Shown here in pieces: positions 49,696 through 59,960 of a DNA stretch of 64,000 bases. The DNA lies in assembly GCA_947479915.1 (NCBI GenBank), contig CANKAU010000007.1:16190-80189 (forward strand), in the 5' to 3' direction. The position numbers and the translations under genes are program-made. This DNA is from Chloroflexota bacterium. GTDB taxonomy: Bacteria; Chloroflexota; Dehalococcoidia; UBA2979. The notes below the pieces were generated by a model, which was not told the origin of the DNA, ran no database searches, and saw only the letters and a list, made by a program, of their open reading frames with translations. Numbering within the stretch: the first letter of the stretch is position 1; each line of letters opens with the position of its first letter.

Positions 49696-51138
49696 CTACT
49701 TCGTCGCGAGGTACGCCGAGATGGCCTCGGCGGCGCGGTGGCCGTCGGCGAGCGCGGTGACCACCAGGTCGGCGCCGTTCACGTCGTCACCACCGGCGAA
49801 GACGCCCGGCAGGTTCGTCTGCAGCGTGTCCGGGTCGGCCACGATGCGAGCCCAGCGGTCGCGGACCATGTCTGGGACCACCTCGCCCCAGTCCTCGTCC
49901 ACGCCGTAGCCGATCGCGACCACGATCATGTCGGCGGGCAGGTCGAACTCGGAGTCCGGCACCGGCTCGGGGCGGCGGCGACCGGTGTCGTCGGCGGGGC
50001 CGAGCGCCATGCGCTGGCAGCGGAGCCCGCGCACCTCGCCCGCGTCACCGAGGAGCACGGCGAGCGGCGCCGCGAGGTACTCGAACTGGACGCCTTCCTC
50101 GTTCGCGTGCATGCGCTCTTCGACGCGGCCCTGCATCTCCGCCTCGGTGCGGCGGTAGACCAGCGTCACATCCTCCGCACCCAGGCGGCGCGCGGAGCGC
50201 ACGCAGTCCATGGAGGTGTCACCGCCGCCGACGACCACCACGCGGCGCGGCGAGCCCAGCGGCTCGCGCATCGATTCAGGCAGGTCGCTCTCGGGCAGGT
50301 TGGTCCGCACCAGGAAGTTCGTCGCCGTCAGCACCTGCGCGGCGTCTTCGCCAGGAATGCCGAGGCGCGTGCCGGTCTGGGCGCCGATGCCGACGAAGAT
50401 CGCGTCAAACTCCGCCGTGAGCTGGGCCCAGTCGACGTCCTCGCCCACGCGCGTGTTCGTACGCACCTCGACCCCGAGGGCCTCGAGGTCGCGGAACTTG
50501 CGATCGACGGCAGGCTTGTTCAGCTTGAAGGTGGGGATGCCGTAGCGCAGCACGCCACCGGCGGTCGGCCAGGCCTCGAAGATCACGGCCGCGTGGCCCT
50601 GCTTCGCGAGACGCTCAGCGACGGCGATGCTCGCGGGACCACTGCCCACGATACCGACGCGCTTCCCGGTGGGCGCGACCGGGGTCGCCGGCACCGGGCT
50701 GTTTGCGCGCTGCCACTCCGAGACGAACGTCTCGAGCTTGCCGATGGCGACGGGGAGCGCGTTCTTGCCGACGACGCAATGCCCCTCGCAGAGCCGCTCC
50801 TGCGGGCAGAGGCGCCCGCACATCTCGGGCAGCTCGCTGGTCTCGCGGAAGACGTTGGCGGCGCCGTTGAAGTCGTTGTTCTCCAGCATCCAGAACGCGC
50901 GCGGGATGTCGTTGTGAACGGGGCACGCCTTCTGACACGGCGCGGCGGGGCACTGGATGCAGCGCGCGGCCTCCTGCATGGCAATGCCGGGATCGAAGAG
51001 GTTCGTCACCTCGTCCCAGTTGCCGATGCGTGCGTCGGGCTTCTGCTTGGTGGGGCGATGGGAGGGTGCAGCGAGGCGCGCCTTCCGATCGACGACCGGG
51101 CGCTCCGGCTTGGCTTGCTTCTCAACGGGGTCAGGCAT
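49696..51138 (-). CDS. GltD-family NADPH-dependent oxidoreductase (glutamate synthase small-subunit-like), standalone
   Basis: N-terminal Fe-S Cys motifs (CIQCPAAPCQKACP) and two dinucleotide-binding motifs (GSGPASIA, VVVGGGDTSMD). No gltB adjacent. Confidence 0.85.
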   Translation of the reverse strand: MPDPVEKQAKPERPVVDRKARLAAPSHRPTKQKPDARIGNWDEVTNLFDPGIAMQEAARCIQCPAAPCQKACPVHNDIPRAFWMLENNDFNGAANVFRETSELPEMCGRLCPQERLCEGHCVVGKNALPVAIGKLETFVSEWQRANSPVPATPVAPTGKRVGIVGSGPASIAVAERLAKQGHAAVIFEAWPTAGGVLRYGIPTFKLNKPAVDRKFRDLEALGVEVRTNTRVGEDVDWAQLTAEFDAIFVGIGAQTGTRLGIPGEDAAQVLTATNFLVRTNLPESDLPESMREPLGSPRRVVVVGGGDTSMDCVRSARRLGAEDVTLVYRRTEAEMQGRVEERMHANEEGVQFEYLAAPLAVLLGDAGEVRGLRCQRMALGPADDTGRRRPEPVPDSEFDLPADMIVVAIGYGVDEDWGEVVPDMVRDRWARIVADPDTLQTNLPGVFAGGDDVNGADLVVTALADGHRAAEAISAYLATK

Positions 51139-51315
51139 GACCGATGTACTCCGGAAGCGAACGCCTCGCGAACGGTGCCGCAAGGTACCGTGCTCACCAT
51201 ACGGGCCGATACGCGCTGTGCTCAATCAGCAAAGTTGGCAATCGAAGCCGGGAGCGGCGCGAAATCCCGGTAGTATTGCCGCGCTCCTACATCGTCATCA
51301 CAAAGGCCACTCGCC

Positions 51316-52059
51316 ATGCCGTCCGCCATGCCTCGCGTCTCGTTCCGCCGCATCCTGCTGCCGATCCTCGGACTCGCCGCCGTGCTCGCGATCGGGGTCG
51401 CGCCCTCGACTGCGCTCGGCCAGCAGCCCGGCCCGACGCGCGCGCAGATTGAGTCCGCGACATACCCCGTCCCGGTAGCACCCGGCGGCACCGCGACGCT
51501 CATCGGCGGGAAGTTCGAGGTCGCCGCCGCGCCCGGATCGGCCAGCAAGATCACCGCGACGCTCGTCTCCAGCGCGAACGGGGTCATCGGTGGCCAGCCG
51601 GGCGCCGCGGTGGTACTCGCCACGAGCGGCGGTGGCAGCGGCACATTCTTCGAGCTGTACGTGTTGGATGTGACCGCGCAGACCATCGCGCGCGTGTCGC
51701 TCGGCGTCCGGATCCGTCTGGACGGGCTGAGCATCTCGACGGCGGGCCAAATCGCGGTCGCGATGGGGGTGCCGGCATCCGGCGCCCCGCTATGCTGCGC
51801 CACCGGACAGCAGACGCGCTTCTACGATCTGCAGAAGACCCCCGCCGGCTCCTTCGACCTGGTGCTGGTGCGCACGGCGACCGCGGTGGTCGACCCGCCC
51901 CGCCCCGTCCAGCCGCCGCGGCCCGCGACGACCGGCACCGGCGGCATCGAAGCACCGCGCGGCGTGGGCGCGCCGTTCGCGTTCCTCGTGCTGGCGTCCG
52001 TGCTGGTGGGGAGCGCCGCCGCGCACGTCGCGGCCGGTCGAGGCTGCCCGCGCTCCTGA
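51316..52059 (+). CDS. Secreted/anchored hypothetical protein (signal peptide plus C-terminal hydrophobic anchor)
   Basis: Signal peptide MPSAMPRVSFRRILLPILGLAAVLAIGVAPSTALG. C-terminal sequence GAPFAFLVLASVLVGSAAAHV. Confidence 0.5.
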   Translation: MPSAMPRVSFRRILLPILGLAAVLAIGVAPSTALGQQPGPTRAQIESATYPVPVAPGGTATLIGGKFEVAAAPGSASKITATLVSSANGVIGGQPGAAVVLATSGGGSGTFFELYVLDVTAQTIARVSLGVRIRLDGLSISTAGQIAVAMGVPASGAPLCCATGQQTRFYDLQKTPAGSFDLVLVRTATAVVDPPRPVQPPRPATTGTGGIEAPRGVGAPFAFLVLASVLVGSAAAHVAAGRGCPRS

Positions 52060-52066
52060 GAGCGTG

Positions 52067-52519
52067 CTAGTCAGGCGGCAGGCGATCGTCCGGCGAGAGG
52101 ATGGCGAACATCGCGTTCGCAACGCCGACCAGACGCCCCTGCCCGTCGAACAGCTCGGCGTTGGTGTGCCACGCACGGCGTCCTCGGCGCAGCACCATGC
52201 CGACGACGCGCAGGCGATCGCCCGGCGCGGGTCGCAGCCAGCGGATGTCGAGCTGCATCGTCGCCGACATGTCGTGAGGCGCGATCATCGAGTGGATCGC
52301 GGCGGCCATCGCGCTGTCCGCGATCATCGTCCACATGCCGCCGTGCAGGACGCCGTTCGGGTTGTAGTGGCGCGGCGCGACGTTCAGCGTGATCTCGGCC
52401 CACCCTTCGCCCGCCGCCGTGAGCGCGAAGTCGAGGTCCCGGAACAGCGGTACGGTCATCTTCTGCTGAAGCCGCTGCAGGATGACCGGGTCGTTCACTC
52501 GCGCAGTGTCATCCGTCAT
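52067..52519 (-). CDS. PaaI-family hotdog thioesterase
   Basis: NPNGVLHGGMWTMIADSAM motif. Confidence 0.8.
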   Translation of the reverse strand: MTDDTARVNDPVILQRLQQKMTVPLFRDLDFALTAAGEGWAEITLNVAPRHYNPNGVLHGGMWTMIADSAMAAAIHSMIAPHDMSATMQLDIRWLRPAPGDRLRVVGMVLRRGRRAWHTNAELFDGQGRLVGVANAMFAILSPDDRLPPD

Positions 52520-52578
52520 GCAGCCTCCGGGCGCACATCTCGTTCTCGCGGGTCATTCGAGGCTGGCGGCGGGCGGCG

Positions 52579-52998
52579 CTAGCCCTCGCGCGCCCGGCAG
52601 TCCGGGCACACGCCGTAGACCTCGAGCCGGTGCGCGTCGACGCGGTAGCCGGTACGACGGGCGATATCGTCCAGCAGCCCCTCGAGGTCCCCGGACGCGA
52701 AGTCGCTCACGGCGCCGCACTCGGAGCAGACGAGGTGGTGGTGGTGGCCGCCGGAGGCGAGGCGATAAGCGGCGGTGCCGTCGTCCAGCACGACCTGGCA
52801 GACAATGCCGAGGTCCTGCAGCAATCGCAGCGTGCGAAAGACGGTAGCGCGCCCCACGGCAGGGGCTGCCTCGACCACGTCGTCGGCCATGAAGTGATCG
52901 CCCAGGCCCTGCATCACCTCCACGAGCGCGCGACGCGGAGCGGTCAGGCGGAAGCCCTCGCTCGCGAGCGCGCTCTCAATGCTGTCGATGCTGGCCAT
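52579..52998 (-). CDS. fur: Fur-family metalloregulator (Fur/Zur/PerR)
   Basis: HHHHLVCSECG...CPDC metal sites with an N-terminal wHTH. Confidence 0.85.
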   Translation of the reverse strand: MASIDSIESALASEGFRLTAPRRALVEVMQGLGDHFMADDVVEAAPAVGRATVFRTLRLLQDLGIVCQVVLDDGTAAYRLASGGHHHHLVCSECGAVSDFASGDLEGLLDDIARRTGYRVDAHRLEVYGVCPDCRAREG

Positions 52999-53062
52999 AA
53001 CGTCATGCTCCCTTGAGGTTCAGGGTCTGTCAACGAACCAGCCGAACAGGCAGAATGAACTG

Positions 53063-54226
53063 ATGAACAGACAACGCGCACGACTCGCACTGTGGGTGGG
53101 CACGACGACGTTCGTCTGCTTCATCTGTTATCTCGCGCTCACCTCGCTCATCCCGTTCCTCGTCGGGGCGGTGATCTCCTACGCCTTCGCGCCGGTCGTG
53201 GATCGGCTGCTGGTGCTGATCCCACTGTCGAAGCCAGATCACCTCGCGCTCCGCCGCGGGCTGGCGGTCTTCGCGATCTACCTCGTCTTCTTCGGCGCGA
53301 GCACGGTGGCGCTGCTGTCGCTCATCCCGATCGCCGCCGAGCAGTTCCAGCACTTCATCGAGCAGCTCCCCTCGATCCTCGAATCGGCACGCACGCAGAG
53401 CATGGGGCTCGTCGAGCAGTACCAGCAGCGCGTCCCGCCCGAGGTGCAGGTGCGGCTGAACGCGGCCGCCGAACAGGGCGCAAGCACCGTGGCGAGCGTG
53501 GTCGCCGGGGCGGTGCAGACGACCATCTTCACGTTGACCAGCACGGTCGGGTTCCTCGCCGGGCTCGCGATCGTGCCGTTCTGGATGTTCTACGTGATGC
53601 GTGACCGGCACATCGCCGGACGCAACCTCGTGCTCGCCGCGCCGATCGAGGTGCGCGAGGACGTGCGGCTGATGCTCGCGCTGTCCGATCGGCTGCTCGG
53701 CCGCTACATCCGAGCGCAGCTCGTCCTCGGCCTGGTCGTTGGCGTCGCCGTCGGGGGAGCGCTCGCACTGCTCGGCGTCGACCTGTCGCTGGGCCTGGGC
53801 GTGTGGGCCGGACTGACGGAGCTGATCCCGATCATCGGGCCATGGATTGGCGCGGTGCCCGGCCTGATCCTGATCGTCGCGACCGATCCCGGCAAACTGC
53901 CGTGGGTCGCGCTGGTCTACTTCATGGTGCAGCAGTTGGAAAACAACTTCCTCGTGCCGCGCATCCAGGGGCAGGCGCTCGACATGCACCCGGCGATCGT
54001 GATCATCCTGCTGGTGGTCGGCGGCGCGGTATTCGGATTCGCGGGGTTGGTCGCAGTGATCCCGGCGACCGCGATCCTGCGGGAACTGTTCTGGTACCTC
54101 GACCGGCGGCTGCTGGGCCAGGAGCCGGAGCAGGCGTTCGCCGCGAGCCACGTCAACGCTGGCAAGCGATCGGACGGCACGGAGGACGCGTCGACGGCCG
54201 CAGAGCCGCTCGAAGTGGTGCGGTAG
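53063..54226 (+). CDS. AI-2E family transporter (PerM/YdiK, UPF0118)
   Basis: Eight TM segments and the VPRIQGQAL motif. Start trimmed so it does not overlap fur. Confidence 0.85.
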   Translation: MNRQRARLALWVGTTTFVCFICYLALTSLIPFLVGAVISYAFAPVVDRLLVLIPLSKPDHLALRRGLAVFAIYLVFFGASTVALLSLIPIAAEQFQHFIEQLPSILESARTQSMGLVEQYQQRVPPEVQVRLNAAAEQGASTVASVVAGAVQTTIFTLTSTVGFLAGLAIVPFWMFYVMRDRHIAGRNLVLAAPIEVREDVRLMLALSDRLLGRYIRAQLVLGLVVGVAVGGALALLGVDLSLGLGVWAGLTELIPIIGPWIGAVPGLILIVATDPGKLPWVALVYFMVQQLENNFLVPRIQGQALDMHPAIVIILLVVGGAVFGFAGLVAVIPATAILRELFWYLDRRLLGQEPEQAFAASHVNAGKRSDGTEDASTAAEPLEVVR

Positions 54227-54236
54227 GCCGAGGACG

Positions 54237-55091
54237 CTAGCGCGTCGAGGCGCGCTTCGGGAGCGTTGCCATCAGGACGACGGGGCCGGTCGCGGCCGGG
54301 TCGTCGGCGCGGCTGGTGGCGACCACGTACACCCGCACCGCCTCAAGACGCGTGTCGCGCTGGAGCGCCACGCGCGCGCCCATGCTGCTGTCCGGCACGA
54401 ACGAGGCGGCAAGCGTTAGCTGCGACAGCGGATCCTCCAGCCAGACGCGGTACGCGCCGCCGAGCGGCAGGCTGGGCAGCGAGTGCAGGACGAGGACACT
54501 GGCACCCTCGAGCTCGCTCGTGAGGTAGGCCCCGCCGGCGCCGTGACTCGCGGCGGTCTGCTCCATGACGGTGGCCACGGCCTTCGGGTCGGCCTGCACC
54601 TTCTGTACCGCCTGCTCGTCCTTCAGCGCGGAGTTCAGCTGCAGGCTCAGCGTGCGCGCCTCCTGCACCCCGCTCGCCGCGCCCGCGAGCCGGTCGAGGC
54701 GCTTCGCGTCGGATTCGACGACCGCGCTGAGCGCGGCGGTCTGGTGACGCAGCTGCACGAGCGTGGTCTGGAGCGTTGCGGCCCAGATCGTGACCGCGGC
54801 CAGCGCGGCGGCGAGGACGTACACCGGCATGTGCCGGCCGGAGAGCGACGGGCGCCAGGAGCGGCGGCGGCTTCGGCGTGCCGCGGCGAGCACACGCTCG
54901 CGCAGGGCGGGGTCGGCGCGCCGCAGCGGTACGGACAGCGCGATGAGGTCGGCGATCTCACGATATGCACGGAACTGTGTCGCAGCGGCAGGGTCGGTGC
55001 GGATCAGGTGATCTGCATCCACCGCGTCGGGCGCGCTCAACGTGCCCAGCGCGTGCGCAGCGAGCAGTTCCTCGCGCTCCTCGGGCGTCAT
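54237..55091 (-). CDS. Anti-sigma factor (RskA-like, single TM)
   Basis: N-terminal anti-sigma domain, TM segment (VYVLAAALAAVTIWAA) and C-terminal periplasmic domain. Overlaps the sigma gene by 4 nt. Confidence 0.75.
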   Translation of the reverse strand: MTPEEREELLAAHALGTLSAPDAVDADHLIRTDPAAATQFRAYREIADLIALSVPLRRADPALRERVLAAARRSRRRSWRPSLSGRHMPVYVLAAALAAVTIWAATLQTTLVQLRHQTAALSAVVESDAKRLDRLAGAASGVQEARTLSLQLNSALKDEQAVQKVQADPKAVATVMEQTAASHGAGGAYLTSELEGASVLVLHSLPSLPLGGAYRVWLEDPLSQLTLAASFVPDSSMGARVALQRDTRLEAVRVYVVATSRADDPAATGPVVLMATLPKRASTR

Positions 55092-55654
55092 CGCGACACC
55101 CGATCGGATTCCCAGGTGGAGAACTCGGCGAGCGACTCGCGCAGCTTCCGCATGCCAAGGCGCACACGCGTCTTCACGGTGCCCAGCGGGTCACCGGTGC
55201 GCTCTGCGATCTCCACGTGCGTGAGGCCGCCAAAGTACGCCAACTCGATCACCCGTCGCTGCGCAGGAGGCAGTCGCGTCATCGCCGCTCGCACGGCTGC
55301 GCGCGCCTCCGCGACCATCAGTTCCGCCTGCGGGTCGTCCAGGTGGCCGACCGCTGCAATCTCGTGTCCCGGCTCGTCATCCTCGACGTCTTCGGAGCGC
55401 ATGCGCCGCGTGACGCGCCGCAGCTCATCCAGTGAGCGGTTGCGCGTGACCGACATGAGCCAGCTGATGAACCGCCCTCGCGTCGGGTCGTAGGAGATGG
55501 GCTGCCGCCAGAGGCGGAGGAACACCTCCTGCACCACGTCCTCCGCCAACTGGGAGTCGTGGAGCACCCGCAGGCTGACGGAGAACACCAGCGTGGAGTA
55601 GCGGTCGTACAGCAACTCCAGCGCAACGATGTCGCCAGTGGCGAGCGCGGCCAT
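55088..55654 (-). CDS. ECF-type sigma-70 factor (start uncertain; may extend to about 55798)
   Basis: Region 2 (EDVVQEVFLRLWR) and region 4 (RVIELAYFGGLTHVEIAERTG). Confidence 0.85.
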   Translation of the reverse strand: MAALATGDIVALELLYDRYSTLVFSVSLRVLHDSQLAEDVVQEVFLRLWRQPISYDPTRGRFISWLMSVTRNRSLDELRRVTRRMRSEDVEDDEPGHEIAAVGHLDDPQAELMVAEARAAVRAAMTRLPPAQRRVIELAYFGGLTHVEIAERTGDPLGTVKTRVRLGMRKLRESLAEFSTWESDRVSR

Positions 55655-55860
55655 CAGCTCGGCGTCCGTCGCGTCCGGGCGCGCGTTCGATCGCCTGCTA
55701 CTCAGGGATACGTCTGTACCGGCGGCGCGGATTCGCGCACGCAGCCCCGCCGCCCGCTCACGGGGCGAAGGCGAGGACGGAGCGGGGGCATCGACCACAG
55801 GGGTCCTCCGCAAACGCAGGTGGGGGCCGGCGGTGCGGCAATGATAAGCAAAGTGGTAGC

Positions 55861-55888
55861 CGCGTGTGTGCGCGTGGGTACACACGCG
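55861..55888 (-). terminator. Inverted repeat CGCGTGTGT-N10-ACACACGCG followed on the minus strand by a U-rich stretch, between the membrane-protein gene and the sigma gene
   Basis: Seen directly. Confidence 0.4.
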
Positions 55889-55919
55889 AGATGGGGCACC
55901 TCGTGGGATCGAGGATGCG

Positions 55920-56750
55920 CTAGACGGCAGCGCCGGTGGTGAAGAGCAGCCCCCGCGCGAGCACCTCGCCGGCGAGGAGCAGGCCGAGCGCGATGTAGAG
56001 CAGGCCGGTCGCGGACATCATGCCGCGGATGGTGGCGGCTTTCCACGCGAGCACCGTGACCACCAGCGGGAAGACGAGGCCCGCGGCAACGCGCAGCCAG
56101 AACGCCGGGTTCGCGCCCAGCGAGATCGCGAACGCGCCGTCAGCCAGCGGCACCTGCCGCGCCGGGATCGCCACGCCGAGGGCGACCGAGACGACCTCCA
56201 GCACGATCGCGGCGAGCAGCACCAGCGACATCTGCTCCATGGGCTCCTTGGGGAGTCGACCCGAGGTGAGGTACCAGTGCCCCCAGAGCATCGCCATCAG
56301 CGAGCCGCCGAGGACGCTGGTCGCGGCGACGAGGCTGAGGAACATGCCCCCGACCGACCACGCGGGCTGCCCGAGCCACAGCGCGAGCACGACCAGCGAG
56401 ACGAGCCCGAGGACGCTGCCGATCGCGCCGAGGACGACCTCCAGCCGCTGCCGCTCCATCACCGCGGCGATCGTGTGACCGGTCGTGGCGACGATGAACG
56501 CGCCGAACGCGACGCCGAACGGCCGCAGCCACGCCGAGGCGAGCGCGTAGCCCTCGACCTCGTTCGTCGGAGCGAGCAGGAGGTATGTCCACCCGGCGAG
56601 CATCGCCAGCGGCAGCACGGTGAGCGCACCGGCCTTCACGTAGCCCGCGGTCACCTGCTTACGGGCGTCGAAGACCGTCATCATGGCGAGCCCGCCGATG
56701 GCGAGTTCGACCAGCAGGACGAGGACGGTGTACGGGAGGGATGCTGCGCT
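55920..56750 (-). CDS. Polytopic integral membrane protein, hypothetical
   Basis: About 8 TM segments. GTG start at 56748-56750 (alternative TTG at 56777). Confidence 0.5.
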   Translation of the reverse strand, partial: SAASLPYTVLVLLVELAIGGLAMMTVFDARKQVTAGYVKAGALTVLPLAMLAGWTYLLLAPTNEVEGYALASAWLRPFGVAFGAFIVATTGHTIAAVMERQRLEVVLGAIGSVLGLVSLVVLALWLGQPAWSVGGMFLSLVAATSVLGGSLMAMLWGHWYLTSGRLPKEPMEQMSLVLLAAIVLEVVSVALGVAIPARQVPLADGAFAISLGANPAFWLRVAAGLVFPLVVTVLAWKAATIRGMMSATGLLYIALGLLLAGEVLARGLLFTTGAAV

Positions 56751-56860
56751 CACCGGCCCATCGTCGGTGGCGGGCAATCCTCGGTCAACGCGGGCCTGGG
56801 GCGGGCGAGGTCGCCCGGCCGGTGGGCAGCGCGCGCGGGCTGTGTCAGGATGGGCGCACC

Positions 56861-57391
56861 ATGCCGCAATACGTCGTCGCGCAGTACGGGGATCGCCGCC
56901 GCTACCTGGTGAAGGCGCTGCGCGAGATCGGCCACCGCATCACCCGCCTCGCCTCCCGCATGGACGACGACGACCTCGGCCGCGTCGCCCCCGGCGAGGA
57001 GTGGAGCGTCACCGAGATCGTCGGCTACCTCCGCGACAGCGAGCGCGAGGATCTCGCCGCCCTCGAGGCGATGCTGCGGGTCGATGGGTCGAAGATCGCC
57101 GACCGTCGCGCGATCCGGCACGTGGACGACGGCGCGTACCGCAAGGCCGACCCTGCCGACCTCCTGTGGGACTTCGCCACGCTGCGCGACGAGACGGTCT
57201 GGCTGCTGGAGAGCGCCGGCACCGCGTGGAACCACGTCGGCATCCACCCCTACCGCGGCGAGGTCCCCGTCCTCGAGTTCGTCGCCGAGATGAACGAGCG
57301 CGACCTGGACGCGATGTGGCGCATCCAGCGCGCCCACGACGCCCTCCGCCCCCCCGGCCGCGAGCAAGTCACGGGCCTCGCCGAGCCCTAG
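56861..57391 (+). CDS. DinB-family protein (DinB_2)
   Basis: MPQYVVAQYGDRRRYLVKALREIGHRITRL... has a DinB-like four-helix pattern. Confidence 0.7.
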   Translation: MPQYVVAQYGDRRRYLVKALREIGHRITRLASRMDDDDLGRVAPGEEWSVTEIVGYLRDSEREDLAALEAMLRVDGSKIADRRAIRHVDDGAYRKADPADLLWDFATLRDETVWLLESAGTAWNHVGIHPYRGEVPVLEFVAEMNERDLDAMWRIQRAHDALRPPGREQVTGLAEP

Positions 57392-57394
57392 CGC

Positions 57395-59368
57395 CTACCA
57401 GGCGGGGGCGGCGGTGGCCTGCTCGATGGCGCTCAGGAGGCCGTCGGGCTGCGTGACGGGGGCGGAGCAGACGGAGCCGACGCAGACGTAGGCGACGCGG
57501 GTGCGGTCCAGCGGCAGGTCGAGCTGGCGCATCAGGAGATCGTCCTGCGGCAGCGACAGGCGTTGCACGGTGCGCGCCGCCAGCGGCAGCCGCAGCGCTT
57601 CGAGGAACAGCGGGTCGGCGACGCGATCCGGCTCACCCGCCGGCCATTCCGACACGATCTTGAACTCCGGCTCCGCGGACAGCAGCCGATCGACGACGCG
57701 CGCGAAGTCGGCGATCGCGAGACCGCGCGCCTCGAGGCCGTTCGCGAAGCCGCTGAGCGTCTCCAGCGCGACCTGCAGGTGGCGCTCGTCGTGCGTGAGA
57801 CGACCGAGCCACAGGAACGCCTCGGCGACGGCGACATTCTCGGCGATCGGCATCACCGGCTCGGCGAGGAGCGCCGTGTCGTCGTGCTCGTCGGCGGTGT
57901 CCCAGAAGCCACGGCCCGGCTCGCGCCAGCTCCGCTGCAGCGCGCGCGCCAGCGCCCGGGCCGCGTCGAGGTGCGCCTCGAGGCCGGTGACCTCGTAGGC
58001 GTGGAGGAAGGCGAGCATGGTGTGCGCCTGGTCGCCGAGCAGGCCGAGGAACTGCGCCCCGTCGTCCCACGTGTGGTAGACGCCGGCCTCGCCCGCGCGC
58101 ATCCGCGCCGCGAGGAAGTCGACCGCGCGCAGCCCGCGCTCCGTCCAGTCGCGACGGTTGAACGCGATGCCACACGCCATCAGCCCGCGCGCGGCGATCG
58201 CGCACGAGGACGCGAACACGCGCTCATCGACCGCGGGGGCCGGCACCAGCGAACGCGCGACGCGATCGGGCAACGCGGCGTAGTCCTCGTCGGCGTCCTG
58301 CGCGTTGGCGATCCCGCCGAGGTAGTTGCCCAGAGTGGCGCTGATGTACGCGACGGTCTGCTCGACGGGCTCGCGGAGGCGGTCAGCGGCGTCCTCATCA
58401 GAGATCGCGACCTCGGCGATCGCGAGGAGCATCGCGCCCTGGTCGACGGCAAGTTTCTCGACGTGCGGGTGCGACCAGTCCGGCTGCGTGGCGTAGCGGT
58501 AGAAGCCGCCATCGACGCCGTCGTACAGCCCGCCCTCCACCATCTGGTCGAGGACGAACGCGGCGCGGTCGAGCACGTCCGGCGTGCCTCGACGGTGGTG
58601 GGCGTAGCGCCAGAGGCGCAGTGCGTCGGCGTGGGGGAAACGAAGGAGCGCACGCGTCTCGTCGGGCGCCGTCGCCTCCTCGCGCTCGGGCTCCCGGAAG
58701 CCGCCGGTCGTCTCGTCGTAAGCGGCCTCGAGGATGTCGAGTGCGACGTCGAGGATGGAGGGCGTGAGCGATCCGGCGGTGCGACGACCGGCCTCGGCGG
58801 CACGCTCCGCAGCACGGGTGGCGCGAGCCGTCTCGATCACGGCGGTCAGGCCGTCGCGGTTCACGAGCCACGACTCCTGGACGCCCTGCAGCGCGTCGAG
58901 CATCTGCTGCGGGTCGAGGTAGGTGGTCTTCGCGATCACGTCGCCGTCGCTGGTCAGGAAGGCCGTCGTCGGCCAGCCGCCCGCGTTGTAGCGCGCGTTG
59001 ACGTCGGGGCGCTCATCAGTGTCGACGCGGATCGCGACGAAGCGGCGCGTGATCAACTCGATCACGCGCTCATCGGAGTACGTGGTCTCATCCATCACGT
59101 GGCACCAGTGGCACCACGTCCCGGAGATCGAAAGCAGCACGGGCAGGTCGTTGCGACGTGCGACGTCGAACGCCTCGTCGCTCCATTCCTGCCACGGAAT
59201 GGAATCGGCGCGATTCGGTCGCGGAGAGAAGTGGAAGGGCCCGGCGTCCGTCACACGATCCTCGTCGTTCCAGTGGCGACCACGCGCCACGCCATAGATC
59301 GAGCGTAACACCCGCGGATCGTTCGTCCGCTTGGGGTTCGCCCGCATGCGACGCCGAAGGCCTCGCAC
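57395..59368 (-). CDS. Thioredoxin-domain protein YyaL (DUF255, N-terminal Trx-like fold plus six-hairpin glycosidase-like domain)
   Basis: WCHWCHVM motif. About 650 aa. Confidence 0.9.
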   Translation of the reverse strand: MRGLRRRMRANPKRTNDPRVLRSIYGVARGRHWNDEDRVTDAGPFHFSPRPNRADSIPWQEWSDEAFDVARRNDLPVLLSISGTWCHWCHVMDETTYSDERVIELITRRFVAIRVDTDERPDVNARYNAGGWPTTAFLTSDGDVIAKTTYLDPQQMLDALQGVQESWLVNRDGLTAVIETARATRAAERAAEAGRRTAGSLTPSILDVALDILEAAYDETTGGFREPEREEATAPDETRALLRFPHADALRLWRYAHHRRGTPDVLDRAAFVLDQMVEGGLYDGVDGGFYRYATQPDWSHPHVEKLAVDQGAMLLAIAEVAISDEDAADRLREPVEQTVAYISATLGNYLGGIANAQDADEDYAALPDRVARSLVPAPAVDERVFASSCAIAARGLMACGIAFNRRDWTERGLRAVDFLAARMRAGEAGVYHTWDDGAQFLGLLGDQAHTMLAFLHAYEVTGLEAHLDAARALARALQRSWREPGRGFWDTADEHDDTALLAEPVMPIAENVAVAEAFLWLGRLTHDERHLQVALETLSGFANGLEARGLAIADFARVVDRLLSAEPEFKIVSEWPAGEPDRVADPLFLEALRLPLAARTVQRLSLPQDDLLMRQLDLPLDRTRVAYVCVGSVCSAPVTQPDGLLSAIEQATAAPAW

Positions 59369-59422
59369 TGATCACAACGCGCGGGTGACGCGACACGTTA
59401 CGGCCGAGACGTCCCGACTACC

Positions 59423-59950
59423 TCACAACGCGCAGTACCACTCCTCGGCGGCGCGGGCCGCGCCGTCAGCCTCCCACCGCTCGATGTTGCCGGTCGGCGC
59501 GAAGCCGTGGCGTGCGTAGAGCCGCTGCGCGCGCTCGTTCTCGGTCGCGACCCAGAGCGACAGCCCGGCGGCGCCCCAGCGCACGGCCCAGTCGATCACC
59601 GTCTCCATGAGCGCGTCGGCCCAGCCCTGCGCGCGGAGATCCTCGTCCACCCACATCGCACCGAGCGTACCGAGGTGCGGCGGCACCTCGCTCAGCGCGG
59701 CGTACAGCGTCCCGCCCAGGACGCCGTCGCCACGGTCGACGACGAAGAGCGCGCGGGGATCGTCCCCGGCGACGGAGGTGGCGAGGTCGTGCCACGTCTG
59801 CTCCGGGTCGGAGAGTGCCTCGGCGAGCGTCTGACCGTAGGCGGCCGGCTCGCGCTCCAGCGCGCGGAGGCGGGCGGCGCGGTACGCCAGCCCCTCGTCC
59901 GCGCGGAGACGGCGAAGCTCCAGCGCCCCGGCGGGCTCGGAAGAGGCCAT
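59423..59950 (-). CDS. GNAT-family N-acetyltransferase
   Basis: Acetyl-CoA binding region (LGAMWVDEDLRAQGWADAL). Trimmed to MASSEPAG. Confidence 0.75.
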   Translation of the reverse strand: MASSEPAGALELRRLRADEGLAYRAARLRALEREPAAYGQTLAEALSDPEQTWHDLATSVAGDDPRALFVVDRGDGVLGGTLYAALSEVPPHLGTLGAMWVDEDLRAQGWADALMETVIDWAVRWGAAGLSLWVATENERAQRLYARHGFAPTGNIERWEADGAARAAEEWYCAL

Positions 59951-59960
59951 CGCGGGCGGC

